A stretch of 64,000 nucleotides of DNA from Clostridia bacterium (GCA_017462545.1 JAFTQX010000052.1:8148-72147), one strand, 5' to 3'. Shown: positions 26,383-35,103, numbered from the stretch's first letter. Notes: generated by a model not told the origin, from the sequence alone. A program made the numbers and translations.

Positions 26383-28236
26383 ATGAAAAAATCCATGCTG
26401 ACCTTTGACAAAGCGTCCTTTTATCTGGACGGTGAGCCCTTTCGCGTGATCGCGGGGGATATTCACTATTTTCGCATCCTGCCTGCCGATTGGGGCAAGC
26501 GGCTTGACCTGGCCGTGGATTTTGGCCTGAACGTGGTGCAGACCTATGTGCCCTGGAACGCGCACGAGCCAACACCCGGGAAATATTGCTTTGAGGGACA
26601 CTTGGATCTCGGTGCCTATCTGCAGGCCTGCGCCGATCGCGGTCTTTATGTATTCCTGCGTCCCTCCCCCTATATTTGCTCGGAGTGGGATCTCGGCGGT
26701 CTGCCTGCCTGGCTGCTGCGCGACCGTGAGATGGTCATCCGATCTCGCGATGCTGCGTATATGAAGGCCGTGCGACGGTATTATGAAACGCTCATTCCCG
26801 TTTTCCGCCCGTATCTCTCCACCAATGGCGGCCCCATTCTCGCGGTGGCCATTGAAAACGAGTACGGCAGCTATGGCAATGACCATGTATATATGGACGA
26901 GCTGGCTAAGCTCATGCGTGAGCTGGGTGTGGATGTGCCCCTTTACACGACGGATGGTGATACCACCGCGCACATCACCTTTGGTCGCCACAATGACGAT
27001 GTTATCGGTGTGAACTATCGCGCTACCCGTGGCAGCTCAAATCATGCCGCCATGATTGCCGATCAAATGGCCGATTCGCCCTATTTCATCGGTGAATTCT
27101 GGGCAGGCCGCTCTATGCATTGGGGCGAGCCCTTTTACCACCGTGAGCCGGCTGATACCTCGGACGCCTTCCGTGAAGCGCTGGCGCTGGGCGGCAATGT
27201 CTGCTTCTATATGTTCTCGGGCGGCACCAACTTTGGCTTCATGGGCGGCGCCAACCACGGAGGCTCTTATTCTCCTCGCCCGGGCACTCCCGCCCCGCGC
27301 TATGTGCCGCATACCACCTCGTACGATGTTGACGCGCTGATTAGTGAAGACGGCATCCCCACCGAGAAGTTCTACCTCTGCCGTGACGAGCTGGACAAAT
27401 ACCTCGGCCGTCCGTGCCGCCCGCACACACCGCCCGCAAGAGAAACGCAGGGGCTTGCGGTCACGCTTGATAAGGCAGCCCCCCTGTTTGAAAACCTTGA
27501 CGCGTTGACAGGTCGCTATTCTGAGGGAGTTCTTCCGCGTCCGATGGAGGATTACGGTCAGAATTACGGCATGATCCTGTACACCCAGGAGCTTGACGGC
27601 TACGAGGGCGATGGTCGCCCGCTGGTGCCCGAGGATATGCGTGACCGTGCAAGCATCTATACCGATGGTGACTATTTTGCCACCTACATGCGTGACCGCG
27701 GTGTCAAGACTGCCGGTGCGCCTGTTCAAAACAATAAAGCGATCTATACCCCCAAGCCGCAGCCCACACGCGTTGACGTGCTGGTGGAAAATACCGGTCG
27801 TGTCAACTTCGGTCATCAAATGCCGACCGAGCGCAAGGGGATGACTGCCCTGTCCTTTGGCGTCATGCTCTACGGCTGCCAGACGCGCACCCTGCCGCTT
27901 GACGATCTTTCCCGCCTTGCGTGGCGTGAAAATCGCGAGACGGATTTTGCAGAAAACAAGCCCGTCTTCCTACGCGGCGAGTTTGACGCAAGGGCAAATG
28001 TCGACAGCTATGTGCATTTTGATGGTTTCTCGCACGGCTATATCTGGATAAACGGCTTCTCGCTTGGCCGCTATGATTCCTGTGGCCCGCAGATGACGCT
28101 CTATCTGCCCGGCTCGCTCTTGAAGGAAAGCGGCAACGTGATCGAGGTGCTGGACGTGCTGCCCACACAGTACAACGCAAGCATCAAGCTGATCGATCAC
28201 CATATCCTGGAAGGGGATGCGGTAGAAATGTCATAA
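26383..28236 (+). CDS. GH35-family beta-galactosidase
   Basis: FYLDGEPFRVIAGDIHYFRILPADW, VQTYVPWNAHEP, RPSPYICSEWDLGGLPAWLL and AIENEYGSYG (the acid/base Glu block). An AGGAGGAAC RBS precedes ATG 26383. Confidence 0.9.
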   Translation: MKKSMLTFDKASFYLDGEPFRVIAGDIHYFRILPADWGKRLDLAVDFGLNVVQTYVPWNAHEPTPGKYCFEGHLDLGAYLQACADRGLYVFLRPSPYICSEWDLGGLPAWLLRDREMVIRSRDAAYMKAVRRYYETLIPVFRPYLSTNGGPILAVAIENEYGSYGNDHVYMDELAKLMRELGVDVPLYTTDGDTTAHITFGRHNDDVIGVNYRATRGSSNHAAMIADQMADSPYFIGEFWAGRSMHWGEPFYHREPADTSDAFREALALGGNVCFYMFSGGTNFGFMGGANHGGSYSPRPGTPAPRYVPHTTSYDVDALISEDGIPTEKFYLCRDELDKYLGRPCRPHTPPARETQGLAVTLDKAAPLFENLDALTGRYSEGVLPRPMEDYGQNYGMILYTQELDGYEGDGRPLVPEDMRDRASIYTDGDYFATYMRDRGVKTAGAPVQNNKAIYTPKPQPTRVDVLVENTGRVNFGHQMPTERKGMTALSFGVMLYGCQTRTLPLDDLSRLAWRENRETDFAENKPVFLRGEFDARANVDSYVHFDGFSHGYIWINGFSLGRYDSCGPQMTLYLPGSLLKESGNVIEVLDVLPTQYNASIKLIDHHILEGDAVEMS

Positions 28237-28241
28237 ACAAG

Positions 28242-28270
28242 CAGGCACCGCCACGGCGGTGCCTGTTGCA
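28242..28270 (+). terminator. putative terminator after the GH35 gene
   Basis: CAGGCACCGCC / GGCGGTGCCTG hairpin with a weak T tract. Confidence 0.45.
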
Positions 28271-28366
28271 TATTCCACGCAATTTGAAAAAGTAAAGAAT
28301 GCAATGGGAAAGCCCTTTTCTCGTTTGTTATAATAAATCATACGATAAAACAAGTGAGGTACCGAT

Positions 28367-29731
28367 ATGGGAATCATTAACCGCGACTTTATGCTGAAAA
28401 ATGAGACAGGCCGCCGCCTTTACGAAACGTATGCCGAGGGGCAGCCGATCATTGATTACCATTGCCACCTGAGTCCGGAGCAGATCGCCAAGGACTATCG
28501 TTTTTCTAACGTAACAGAGCTGTTTCTCGGCGGTGACCACTATAAGTGGCGGCAGATGCGTACCGCCGGCATTGACGAAAAGCTGATTACGGGAGACGGT
28601 GACCCCTACGAAAAGTTTGAGGCTTACGCTGCCATGATGCCCGGGCTGATCGGCAACCCGCTCTATCATTGGACGGCACTGGAGCTGAAACGGTATTTTG
28701 ATATTGACGAGCCGCTTTGTAAGGAAAGTGCGCGCCGTATCTATGATGCTTGTAACGAAAAGCTGAAGGATCCCTCCTTCTCTGCGCGCAACCTGATTCT
28801 GCGCTCGAATGTGCGCGTGCTCTGTACCACCGATGACCCCATAGATTGCTTGGCCTTTCACCGTCAGCTGCGTGAGGAGGGATACCCGGTCAAGGTGCTG
28901 CCCACCTTCCGTCCCGATAAGGTGTTGGCTGTAGAAAAGGATAGCTTCCCGCTGTATATGAAGGCGGCAGGGGTGACGACCTATGACGAGCTACTTGCCT
29001 TCCTGTCGGCTCGTATCGCCTTCTTTGCCGAGCGCGGATGCCGCCTCTCTGACCACTCGCTTGAGCGCGTTGCCTTTGTTTCGGGCGACCCGTGTGTCGC
29101 GTTTGAGAAGGCCATGGCAGGAAAAACGCCTACCGTTGAAGAGGCAGATGCCTTCCGCTCTGCTGTGATGCTGCACCTGGGCGGCGAGTATCAAAAGCAT
29201 GGCTTTGCCATGCAGCTGCACATTGGTGCGTTGCGCAATAATAACACGCGCATGTTCCGTAAGCTGGGGGCGGATGCCGGCTTTGATTCGATCAACGATT
29301 TCCGCGTAGCCGAGGGGCTCTCTCGCCTGCTGGATGCAATGGATAGCGGCGCAGGCCTACCCAAGACCATCCTCTACACCCTTAATCCCAAGGACAATTA
29401 TGTTCTCGGTGCAATGATCGGCAACTTCCAAAGCAGCCCCGCCGGCAAAATGCAGTTTGGCTCCGGCTGGTGGTTTAACGATAACCGCGACGGCATGGAG
29501 GCACAGATGTGCGCGCTTGCCAACCTTGGCATGCTCTCGCAGTTTGTCGGTATGCTGACCGACTCGCGCAGCCTGGTCTCTTACCCGCGGCATGAGTATT
29601 TCCGCCGCATCCTCTGCAATCTGATCGGCAAATGGGTAGAGGAGGGCGAATATCCAAACGATGAAGCAGCCCTTGGCAAGATCATTACCGACATTTGCTA
29701 CCGCAACGCAGAAAACTATTTTCAATTTTGA
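28367..29731 (+). CDS. uxaC: glucuronate isomerase
   Basis: PIIDYHCHLSPEQIA and GGDHYKWRQMRTAGI blocks are diagnostic of UxaC. Confidence 0.9.
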   Translation: MGIINRDFMLKNETGRRLYETYAEGQPIIDYHCHLSPEQIAKDYRFSNVTELFLGGDHYKWRQMRTAGIDEKLITGDGDPYEKFEAYAAMMPGLIGNPLYHWTALELKRYFDIDEPLCKESARRIYDACNEKLKDPSFSARNLILRSNVRVLCTTDDPIDCLAFHRQLREEGYPVKVLPTFRPDKVLAVEKDSFPLYMKAAGVTTYDELLAFLSARIAFFAERGCRLSDHSLERVAFVSGDPCVAFEKAMAGKTPTVEEADAFRSAVMLHLGGEYQKHGFAMQLHIGALRNNNTRMFRKLGADAGFDSINDFRVAEGLSRLLDAMDSGAGLPKTILYTLNPKDNYVLGAMIGNFQSSPAGKMQFGSGWWFNDNRDGMEAQMCALANLGMLSQFVGMLTDSRSLVSYPRHEYFRRILCNLIGKWVEEGEYPNDEAALGKIITDICYRNAENYFQF

Positions 29732-29767
29732 CGACCTCATCATTCATAGGTGAAAGGAAAAGCTGTG

Positions 29768-31336
29768 ATGGAAAATAAGGATATGACCGAATACTTGCAG
29801 AGCCTGATTGACCGCGCAGCGGAGGGGGACACCGTACAGCTCCCTGCGGGAACGGTATACGTTTCCCGCCCGCTGGTGGTTCGCGACAAGAAAAACGTCA
29901 AAATTTGCGGCCAAGATACGCATTTTCTGCACACGGGATATGATATGACAAATCGCGAGGTGCAGGCAGATACCGCACTCTTTGTGCTGGAGGGCTGCAC
30001 GGGCGTAACGCTGGAGAATTTCTCGGTTGACTATGTCGGCTTTGTCAGCATTGCGGGAACGGTTCTGGAGACCAATGCGGGCGAAAATCCCTATTTTGTG
30101 ATGCGTCTGTATCCGGAATTTGAAGAGATGACCGGCGAAGAATATTACAGAACCACCATGAGCTTTGACTCGGACGGTGCGCCCAACTATCATTGCTCCT
30201 TGTGGGAGAATGAGTTTTCCGTTGAAAAAATCGGAAAAGGGCTGTTAAAGGTCTCCTGCCGGAATGCCGCGGCAGCCGAGCGGCTTTCTATTGGTGAGGC
30301 GGTCAATATCCGTCTTTCCCTCAAGGGCGCGGCGGTGATCCTCAACATGGCCTCTGCCGATACGCTGTTTAAGGATATCACCATCTATCAGACAGTTTGC
30401 GGTTCCTTTTTGATCGGCATGCGCAGCGGCAGCGTGACCTTTGACCATGTCGTGATCACCTTCAAGGAGGGCACACGACAGCTGATGAGCTCGAATGCCG
30501 ATGCCATTCACATCGCGGGCATGACGGGCAAGCTGACCGTGCGCAACTCCGTCTTTGACGGGCTGGGGGATGATGCCGTGAACGTGCACAGCCGCGCAGG
30601 CATTCTGACATCGGTCGATGTTGCGAATAAGACCGTGCACTTTGTGGACGGCTGGAGCAAGGAGCCGACCGACAGCACATGGGCACAGGCTGGCGACACG
30701 GTTGAGTTTTATGATCCGAAAACCTTCCTCCCCAAGGGGACGGCGGTTGTTGCGTGTTATACAGGCGATACGCTTTTGTTGGATGCCGTTCCCGAAACGG
30801 CGGCAGAGGGGGATGTGGTTGCCAACCTTGCCTATCTGCCAAGCGTACACATTGCAGACTGTATCGTTACCCGCAATCGCGCCCGCGCGTTCCTCATTCA
30901 GACGCGGAACGTTGTCATCGAAAATTGCCAAATGAATCGCATTTCGCTGCCCGCCATCATCGTAGCCCCCGATATTCAGCGTTGGTTTGAGGTTGGCCCT
31001 GCGCAAAATGTGGTCATTCGGAACAATACCATGCAGAAATGTGCCTTCATCAGCGATCCGGCCAACATGGGCGCGATCGTCGTCAAGGCAAGCCACGATG
31101 CGGGCTATGCGGATTATCCCGCAGGTGTGCATCGCGATATCCTGATTGAAGGCAATACGATTGACGATACGGCAAATTCCGCCATCTTTGTATCGGCAAC
31201 CAGCGGCTTGACCGTGCGTCATAACCGCATCGGCAGCTTTGGTACCGTGAAAAATCATCTGCCCTCGGGCGAGCACGCCGTTTTCTGCGTCAATTGCACC
31301 GAGGTAAAAACCGAAAACAACACCTGTGAGGGATAA
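29768..31336 (+). CDS. right-handed parallel beta-helix repeat protein (pectin-lyase fold; probable glycoside hydrolase or lyase), cytoplasmic
   Basis: The N-terminus LQSLIDRAAEGDTVQLPAGTVYVSRPLVV is typical of pectate_lyase_3 / beta-helix proteins. NxxxxN/D turns repeat through the sequence (VRNSVFDGLGDDAVNVH, TRNRARAFLIQ, IRNNTM, IEGNTIDD). There is no signal peptide. ATG 29768 follows an AAAGGAAAA RBS. Confidence 0.65.
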   Translation: MENKDMTEYLQSLIDRAAEGDTVQLPAGTVYVSRPLVVRDKKNVKICGQDTHFLHTGYDMTNREVQADTALFVLEGCTGVTLENFSVDYVGFVSIAGTVLETNAGENPYFVMRLYPEFEEMTGEEYYRTTMSFDSDGAPNYHCSLWENEFSVEKIGKGLLKVSCRNAAAAERLSIGEAVNIRLSLKGAAVILNMASADTLFKDITIYQTVCGSFLIGMRSGSVTFDHVVITFKEGTRQLMSSNADAIHIAGMTGKLTVRNSVFDGLGDDAVNVHSRAGILTSVDVANKTVHFVDGWSKEPTDSTWAQAGDTVEFYDPKTFLPKGTAVVACYTGDTLLLDAVPETAAEGDVVANLAYLPSVHIADCIVTRNRARAFLIQTRNVVIENCQMNRISLPAIIVAPDIQRWFEVGPAQNVVIRNNTMQKCAFISDPANMGAIVVKASHDAGYADYPAGVHRDILIEGNTIDDTANSAIFVSATSGLTVRHNRIGSFGTVKNHLPSGEHAVFCVNCTEVKTENNTCEG

Positions 31337-31345
31337 AAAGCAATA

Positions 31346-31398
31346 TAAAAAAGCACTGCACAGTAGGTCTGTATTAGATTTCTGTGCAGTGCCTTTTT
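31346..31398. terminator. bidirectional terminator at the left edge of the low-GC islet
   Basis: AAAAAAGCACTGCACAG...CTGTGCAGTGCCTTTTT, an 11-bp stem flanked by an A tract and a T tract. Confidence 0.75.
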
Positions 31399-31404
31399 GA
31401 TGTT

Positions 31405-31860
31405 TCACGGAGAAAATGTTCCAAGATTCAGAATGCTTTTTCCCATTTTGACAGCATAACGATAGGTTTGATAGGCGCCGCCCCAATCATGGTTGATATA
31501 AGCAATAACAAAATCAGCTTGTCGTACCATCCATTGATTGCAATGAAGAATGGCAAATTTATAGGGTACATGCTCTATGGGAGGATATATGAATCCATCA
31601 TAATCGCAGGAACGTGTGAAAATGTATTTTTTGTGATAAGAATCCGTAATATAAGGAGTAATGCATAGTAGATCTGTGTGGGGATGGCTACGCTTATAAA
31701 TTTTTCCGCAATGATGGGCAAATTGATCAAATGCCCCATAGTGACTCAAATATAGTTCCGCAGAACTGTCTCCAATTATGTTGCTTAACAGAGAAAGAAG
31801 TCTTTCTTCCATTTGACGTGTGCTTGAAAAATCGGCGTGGCCGCAAAATGTGACAATCAT
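31405..31860 (-). CDS. SLOG-fold / DUF1273 (YpsA-like) family protein
   Basis: VTFCGH near the N-terminus, ELYLSHYGAFDQFA, LLCITPY, and the C-terminal NQWMVRQADFVIAYINHDWGGAYQTYRYAVKMGKSILNL follow the DUF1273 block order as I recall it. The gene is AT-rich. ATG 31860 lies 6 nt after a GGAG (alternative ATG at 31866). Confidence 0.6.
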   Translation of the reverse strand: MIVTFCGHADFSSTRQMEERLLSLLSNIIGDSSAELYLSHYGAFDQFAHHCGKIYKRSHPHTDLLCITPYITDSYHKKYIFTRSCDYDGFIYPPIEHVPYKFAILHCNQWMVRQADFVIAYINHDWGGAYQTYRYAVKMGKSILNLGTFSP

Positions 31861-31898
31861 AATCATCTCCGTAGATGCTCTTTTTGTAGACGATAATC

Positions 31899-31927
31899 AT
31901 TATACTCGACATATCGACAATTGTCAA
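31899..31927 (-). promoter_or_regulatory. consensus promoter for the SLOG gene (TTGACA-17-TATAAT)
   Basis: On the minus strand, TTGACA lies at 31927-31922 and TATAAT at 31904-31899, with exact 17-nt spacing. Confidence 0.7.
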
Positions 31928-31949
31928 GCAGGAGAGCACAAATTATACT
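31921..31949 (+). promoter_or_regulatory. promoter for the HTH gene (TTGTCA-17-TATACT), with its -35 box inside the palindrome GACAATTGTC
   Basis: TTGTCA lies at 31921-31926 and TATACT at 31944-31949. The perfect 10-bp palindrome GACAATTGTC (31916-31925) spans both face-to-face -35 boxes and is a candidate operator. Confidence 0.6.
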
Positions 31950-31966
31950 GTAGATGAGGTGATTGT

Positions 31967-32176
31967 ATGATTTCTTACGAGCCGCTCTACCAAACGATGA
32001 AAGCAAAAAACATATCAACGTATAAGCTGATCAACGAGTTTGGTGTCAGCAGAAGCTTGCTTGATCGATTAAAGCACAACAAGCCCATCAGTACCGTAAC
32101 GCTGAATGACTTGTGCAGTTTTTTGGCTTGCAGGGTAGAAGATGTGCTGGTTTATATCCCGGAGGAGCAGACATAG
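31967..32176 (+). CDS. XRE/Cro-type helix-turn-helix transcriptional regulator (69 aa)
   Basis: KNISTYKLINEFGVSRSLLDRLKHNKPISTVTLNDLCSFLACRVEDVL is a typical HTH_26 / Cro-C1 pattern. A GAGGTG RBS is present. Confidence 0.75.
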   Translation: MISYEPLYQTMKAKNISTYKLINEFGVSRSLLDRLKHNKPISTVTLNDLCSFLACRVEDVLVYIPEEQT

Positions 32177-32193
32177 TCAGATGGGTACCTCAT

Positions 32194-32248
32194 AAAAAAC
32201 AGAAGAAAGCCACGCGATTTTTTCGCGTGGCTTTCTTCATTGTTTTCT
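32194..32248. terminator. bidirectional terminator at the right edge of the islet (also serves the exonuclease gene)
   Basis: GAAGAAAGCCACGCGA-TTTTTT-CGCGTGGCTTTCTTC, a 15-16 bp stem flanked by A and T tracts. Confidence 0.8.
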
Positions 32249-32250
32249 TC

Positions 32251-33399
32251 TTACAGCTTCGTAATATCGTTGCCCGAGAGGGCAGCAAGACCCATGCGCA
32301 GGGCGCGGGCAGCAAGGGCGCGTTCCTCCGGCGTTCCCTCGGTCAGCTTTGGCCGCAGATAGCGGTAAAGCTCACCGCGAACGGTGGGATCCTTATCCAG
32401 CAGTGCTGCATCATAGGTCGGGCTGGTACGGTCGATCAGTTCAATGTGATAGAGACTCCATTCCTTGGCGTCTGCCTCCTGCGGAACGGCAAAATCAGGC
32501 GGCGTTGCCCCGGTAAAGATCACGCGCAGGGCGGTATTTTCATCATATCCGTTTTCACGAATGGCCAGCTTGATGCGCTGCGCCGCTTCGTTTTTGGTAG
32601 AGACACCGGTCAGGTCAACCTCGGCAATCGCATATTGCCGCTCGGAGAGCGTTATCCGCTCATGCTTGATCCCCCAAGAGCTGTCTGCGCTTTGCGTGGC
32701 GGTTAAAAGATAGGCACCCCCCTTGCCCGGCTCATCAAAGCTGCGCCCCTCAAGGCATCCGCAATAGGCCCACATGCCGCCGTTTTCAAGCGTTTGCGGG
32801 GGGGAGGGAATGTGCCGATGGGCAAAGGCGGCGTAATGCGCGCCAAAGGCAGCAAGGTCTGCACTTGAGACGTCGGCATAGCGGGACAGCGGCACGGCAT
32901 AGTCGCAGTGCCCACAGATCAGATTCAGCGCGGCGGGGTCGGTCACGCGCTGGCCGGAGAGGGGAGCGCCCTCATGCCGCTCGCCCGTAAAGGCCCAGCC
33001 CCAAACGGTGGTGCCAAGGTGTGGCAGCGCCACGGCAGAAAGTGTCTCTTGTGAGAATACATGCACGTTTTCCGGCAATCTGCCGGAGGCATACAGACTG
33101 TCTTGCGTATAGGGGTCGTGGTTGCCGGGAGAGATAAAAAAGCGGCAGCTTGGGCAGGCGGCAAACTCCTCAATAAGAAGAGAGGCTGTGGCGGCGGTGA
33201 CATAGGCACAATCAAACAGGTCGCCCGCGATCAGGACAATATCAATCTCTCTGTCCCGCACCAAGGCCATCAGGCGAGAGAAGGTATTTCGCAGCGCGCT
33301 GCGGCGCTCCTCGCTTCGCTCAAGCGAGAGGCGGGAAAAGGGGCTGTCTAAATGAATATCGCCTGTGTGCAAAATGCGTATTTGCCGTGTTTTTTCCAT
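32251..33399 (-). CDS. SbcD/Mre11-like DNA repair exonuclease (YhaO-type metallophosphoesterase)
   Basis: IRILHTGDIHLDSPF, VLIAGDLFD, ISPGNHDP and CGHCDY are the calcineurin-like phosphoesterase motifs in Mre11 order. Confidence 0.8.
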   Translation of the reverse strand: MEKTRQIRILHTGDIHLDSPFSRLSLERSEERRSALRNTFSRLMALVRDREIDIVLIAGDLFDCAYVTAATASLLIEEFAACPSCRFFISPGNHDPYTQDSLYASGRLPENVHVFSQETLSAVALPHLGTTVWGWAFTGERHEGAPLSGQRVTDPAALNLICGHCDYAVPLSRYADVSSADLAAFGAHYAAFAHRHIPSPPQTLENGGMWAYCGCLEGRSFDEPGKGGAYLLTATQSADSSWGIKHERITLSERQYAIAEVDLTGVSTKNEAAQRIKLAIRENGYDENTALRVIFTGATPPDFAVPQEADAKEWSLYHIELIDRTSPTYDAALLDKDPTVRGELYRYLRPKLTEGTPEERALAARALRMGLAALSGNDITKL

Positions 33400-33490
33400 G
33401 GGATGCCCGCTCCGTTCCTCTTTTTTGTTATTAGTATAGCATTTTCGACGATTTTTTGCAAGAAGATTGTAAAAATATCTTTATCCGCTA

Positions 33491-33519
33491 TTGCATCTGC
33501 CGCAATTTTATGCTATAAT
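33491..33519 (+). promoter_or_regulatory. promoter (TTGCAT-17-TATAAT)
   Basis: TTGCAT at 33491-33496 and TATAAT at 33514-33519. Confidence 0.6.
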
Positions 33520-33563
33520 TTAGAAAAAATGACGGGTTTTCCCGTAAATTTGCGGAGGTGCCT

Positions 33564-35078
33564 ATGCTTAGTCTTGCCGTGCGCAATACCAAAAAGCTTG
33601 TCCGAAACAAGGTAAAGGAAGAAAATGTGCGTCTCGGACGCTATTTTACCAAAAAGGAGCAGGCCGCGTTTATGGCGGACATGCTATCCCTGCCCGAAAA
33701 GGAGCGCGTTACCGTGCTGGATCCCGGTGCGGGTACCGGCATTCTTTCCGCCGCTGTGATCGAGCGGCTGGCCAAGGGTGGAAAAACCAAGGAGATCGTG
33801 CTCGATTGCTACGAGACCTCTGCCGATTTTCTGCCGATGCTGAAGGATAATCTGGAGCGCATTCGCAAAAAGTGCTACCATGATTATAAGGTACGCGTAT
33901 ATTATACCGTCAAAGAGGAAAACTATATTCTGGCACAGGGCAAAATGACGCCGGATGATCCGCACGTTGCCATGCTGGATAAGACCTACTACGATCTGGT
34001 CGTGATGAACGCGCCCCGTGAGCTGATGAAGAGCGATCGTCAGGAGTATGCCGTTTGTCGCCGCCTGTGTAGTGGTGAGACCGATCTTTGCTATCTCTTT
34101 GCCGCCGCAGCTGCCGCATCTCTTGCGCCGAATGGCGAGGCGGTGATGCTGCTGCCCGTTGTCTTCTCTACGGGTGCTTATCTTGGCAAGATCCGCAATT
34201 ATATGTTCGAGCGCGCGCCGCTTTCTCGTGTGCATCTCTTCCTCAATCGCGCACAGAGCGAGCGTCAGACGGACGATGCGCGAAAGAATATGATCCTGCT
34301 TGTGAAAAATACGGATGAAAATCCTGCCACCATCCGTCTTACTGCCTCCTATGGGGAAGAGGTTGCGCTGTGCGATGACCGCGAGCGCGAGTATGGTGAC
34401 GTGGTTCGCGGAGAGGAAAAATCTCTCTTGCTGCTGAAGGGTGAGGATGATGAGGCTGTTATGCAGACCATCGCCGCCTTCCCCTGCACGCTCTCCTCAC
34501 TTGGCCTGCGGATGAAGACGGGTCTGACGCTGGAATCCCGCCATCCGAATCTGCTGCGCAGCGAGCCGGGCGACGGGGCGATCCCGCTCATCCATCCCAA
34601 CAGCATTCAGCTTGGTCAGGTGGCTTTCCCGCATCCCGCTGTCAAGAATCAGTATCTCTTGCCCGAGGTGCCCTCGCTTATGCAAAAGAATAAAAACATG
34701 CTGTTTATCAAGCGTGTGCCCGCCAAGAGCGATAAAAAGGCTCTCTTCTGTGGCGTGTATCTTGCCTCCAACCTGCCCAAGGCGCGCTACATCAGCACAC
34801 ATAACAAGCTCAACTACATAGACTACGCCGATGACCGCGAGATGGATTTTAATATGGTTTACGGTCTCTATGTTGTGCTGAACTCCTCGCTCTACGGCAA
34901 ATATTATCAGATCATCTCGAAATCCAAGCAGATCAACACCACCGAATTTGCTGACATGCCGCTGCCCTCGGTCAACGCGCTGCGTGCGATGGGTGCTAAG
35001 CTGATCATGTCCCGCATTTTTAGCGAAAAGAGCTGTGATGCGTTGCTTACCGCCCAGATCAAGAGCGGAAAATTATAA
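33564..35078 (+). CDS. Eco57I/TaqI-architecture N6-adenine DNA methyltransferase homologue with a degenerate catalytic motif (NAPR in place of NPPY)
   Basis: An intact SAM motif I (VLDPGAGTGILSAAV) is followed by DLVVMNAPREL at the motif IV position (AAC GCG CCC CGT, 34008-34019). The C-terminal half resembles a TaqI_C-like target-recognition domain (VVLNSSLYGKYY...EFADMPLP). A GGAGG RBS lies 5 nt before ATG 33564. Confidence 0.65.
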   Translation: MLSLAVRNTKKLVRNKVKEENVRLGRYFTKKEQAAFMADMLSLPEKERVTVLDPGAGTGILSAAVIERLAKGGKTKEIVLDCYETSADFLPMLKDNLERIRKKCYHDYKVRVYYTVKEENYILAQGKMTPDDPHVAMLDKTYYDLVVMNAPRELMKSDRQEYAVCRRLCSGETDLCYLFAAAAAASLAPNGEAVMLLPVVFSTGAYLGKIRNYMFERAPLSRVHLFLNRAQSERQTDDARKNMILLVKNTDENPATIRLTASYGEEVALCDDREREYGDVVRGEEKSLLLLKGEDDEAVMQTIAAFPCTLSSLGLRMKTGLTLESRHPNLLRSEPGDGAIPLIHPNSIQLGQVAFPHPAVKNQYLLPEVPSLMQKNKNMLFIKRVPAKSDKKALFCGVYLASNLPKARYISTHNKLNYIDYADDREMDFNMVYGLYVVLNSSLYGKYYQIISKSKQINTTEFADMPLPSVNALRAMGAKLIMSRIFSEKSCDALLTAQIKSGKL

Positions 35079-35103
35079 TTTCTAAAAAAATATCATTTAC
35101 CTC

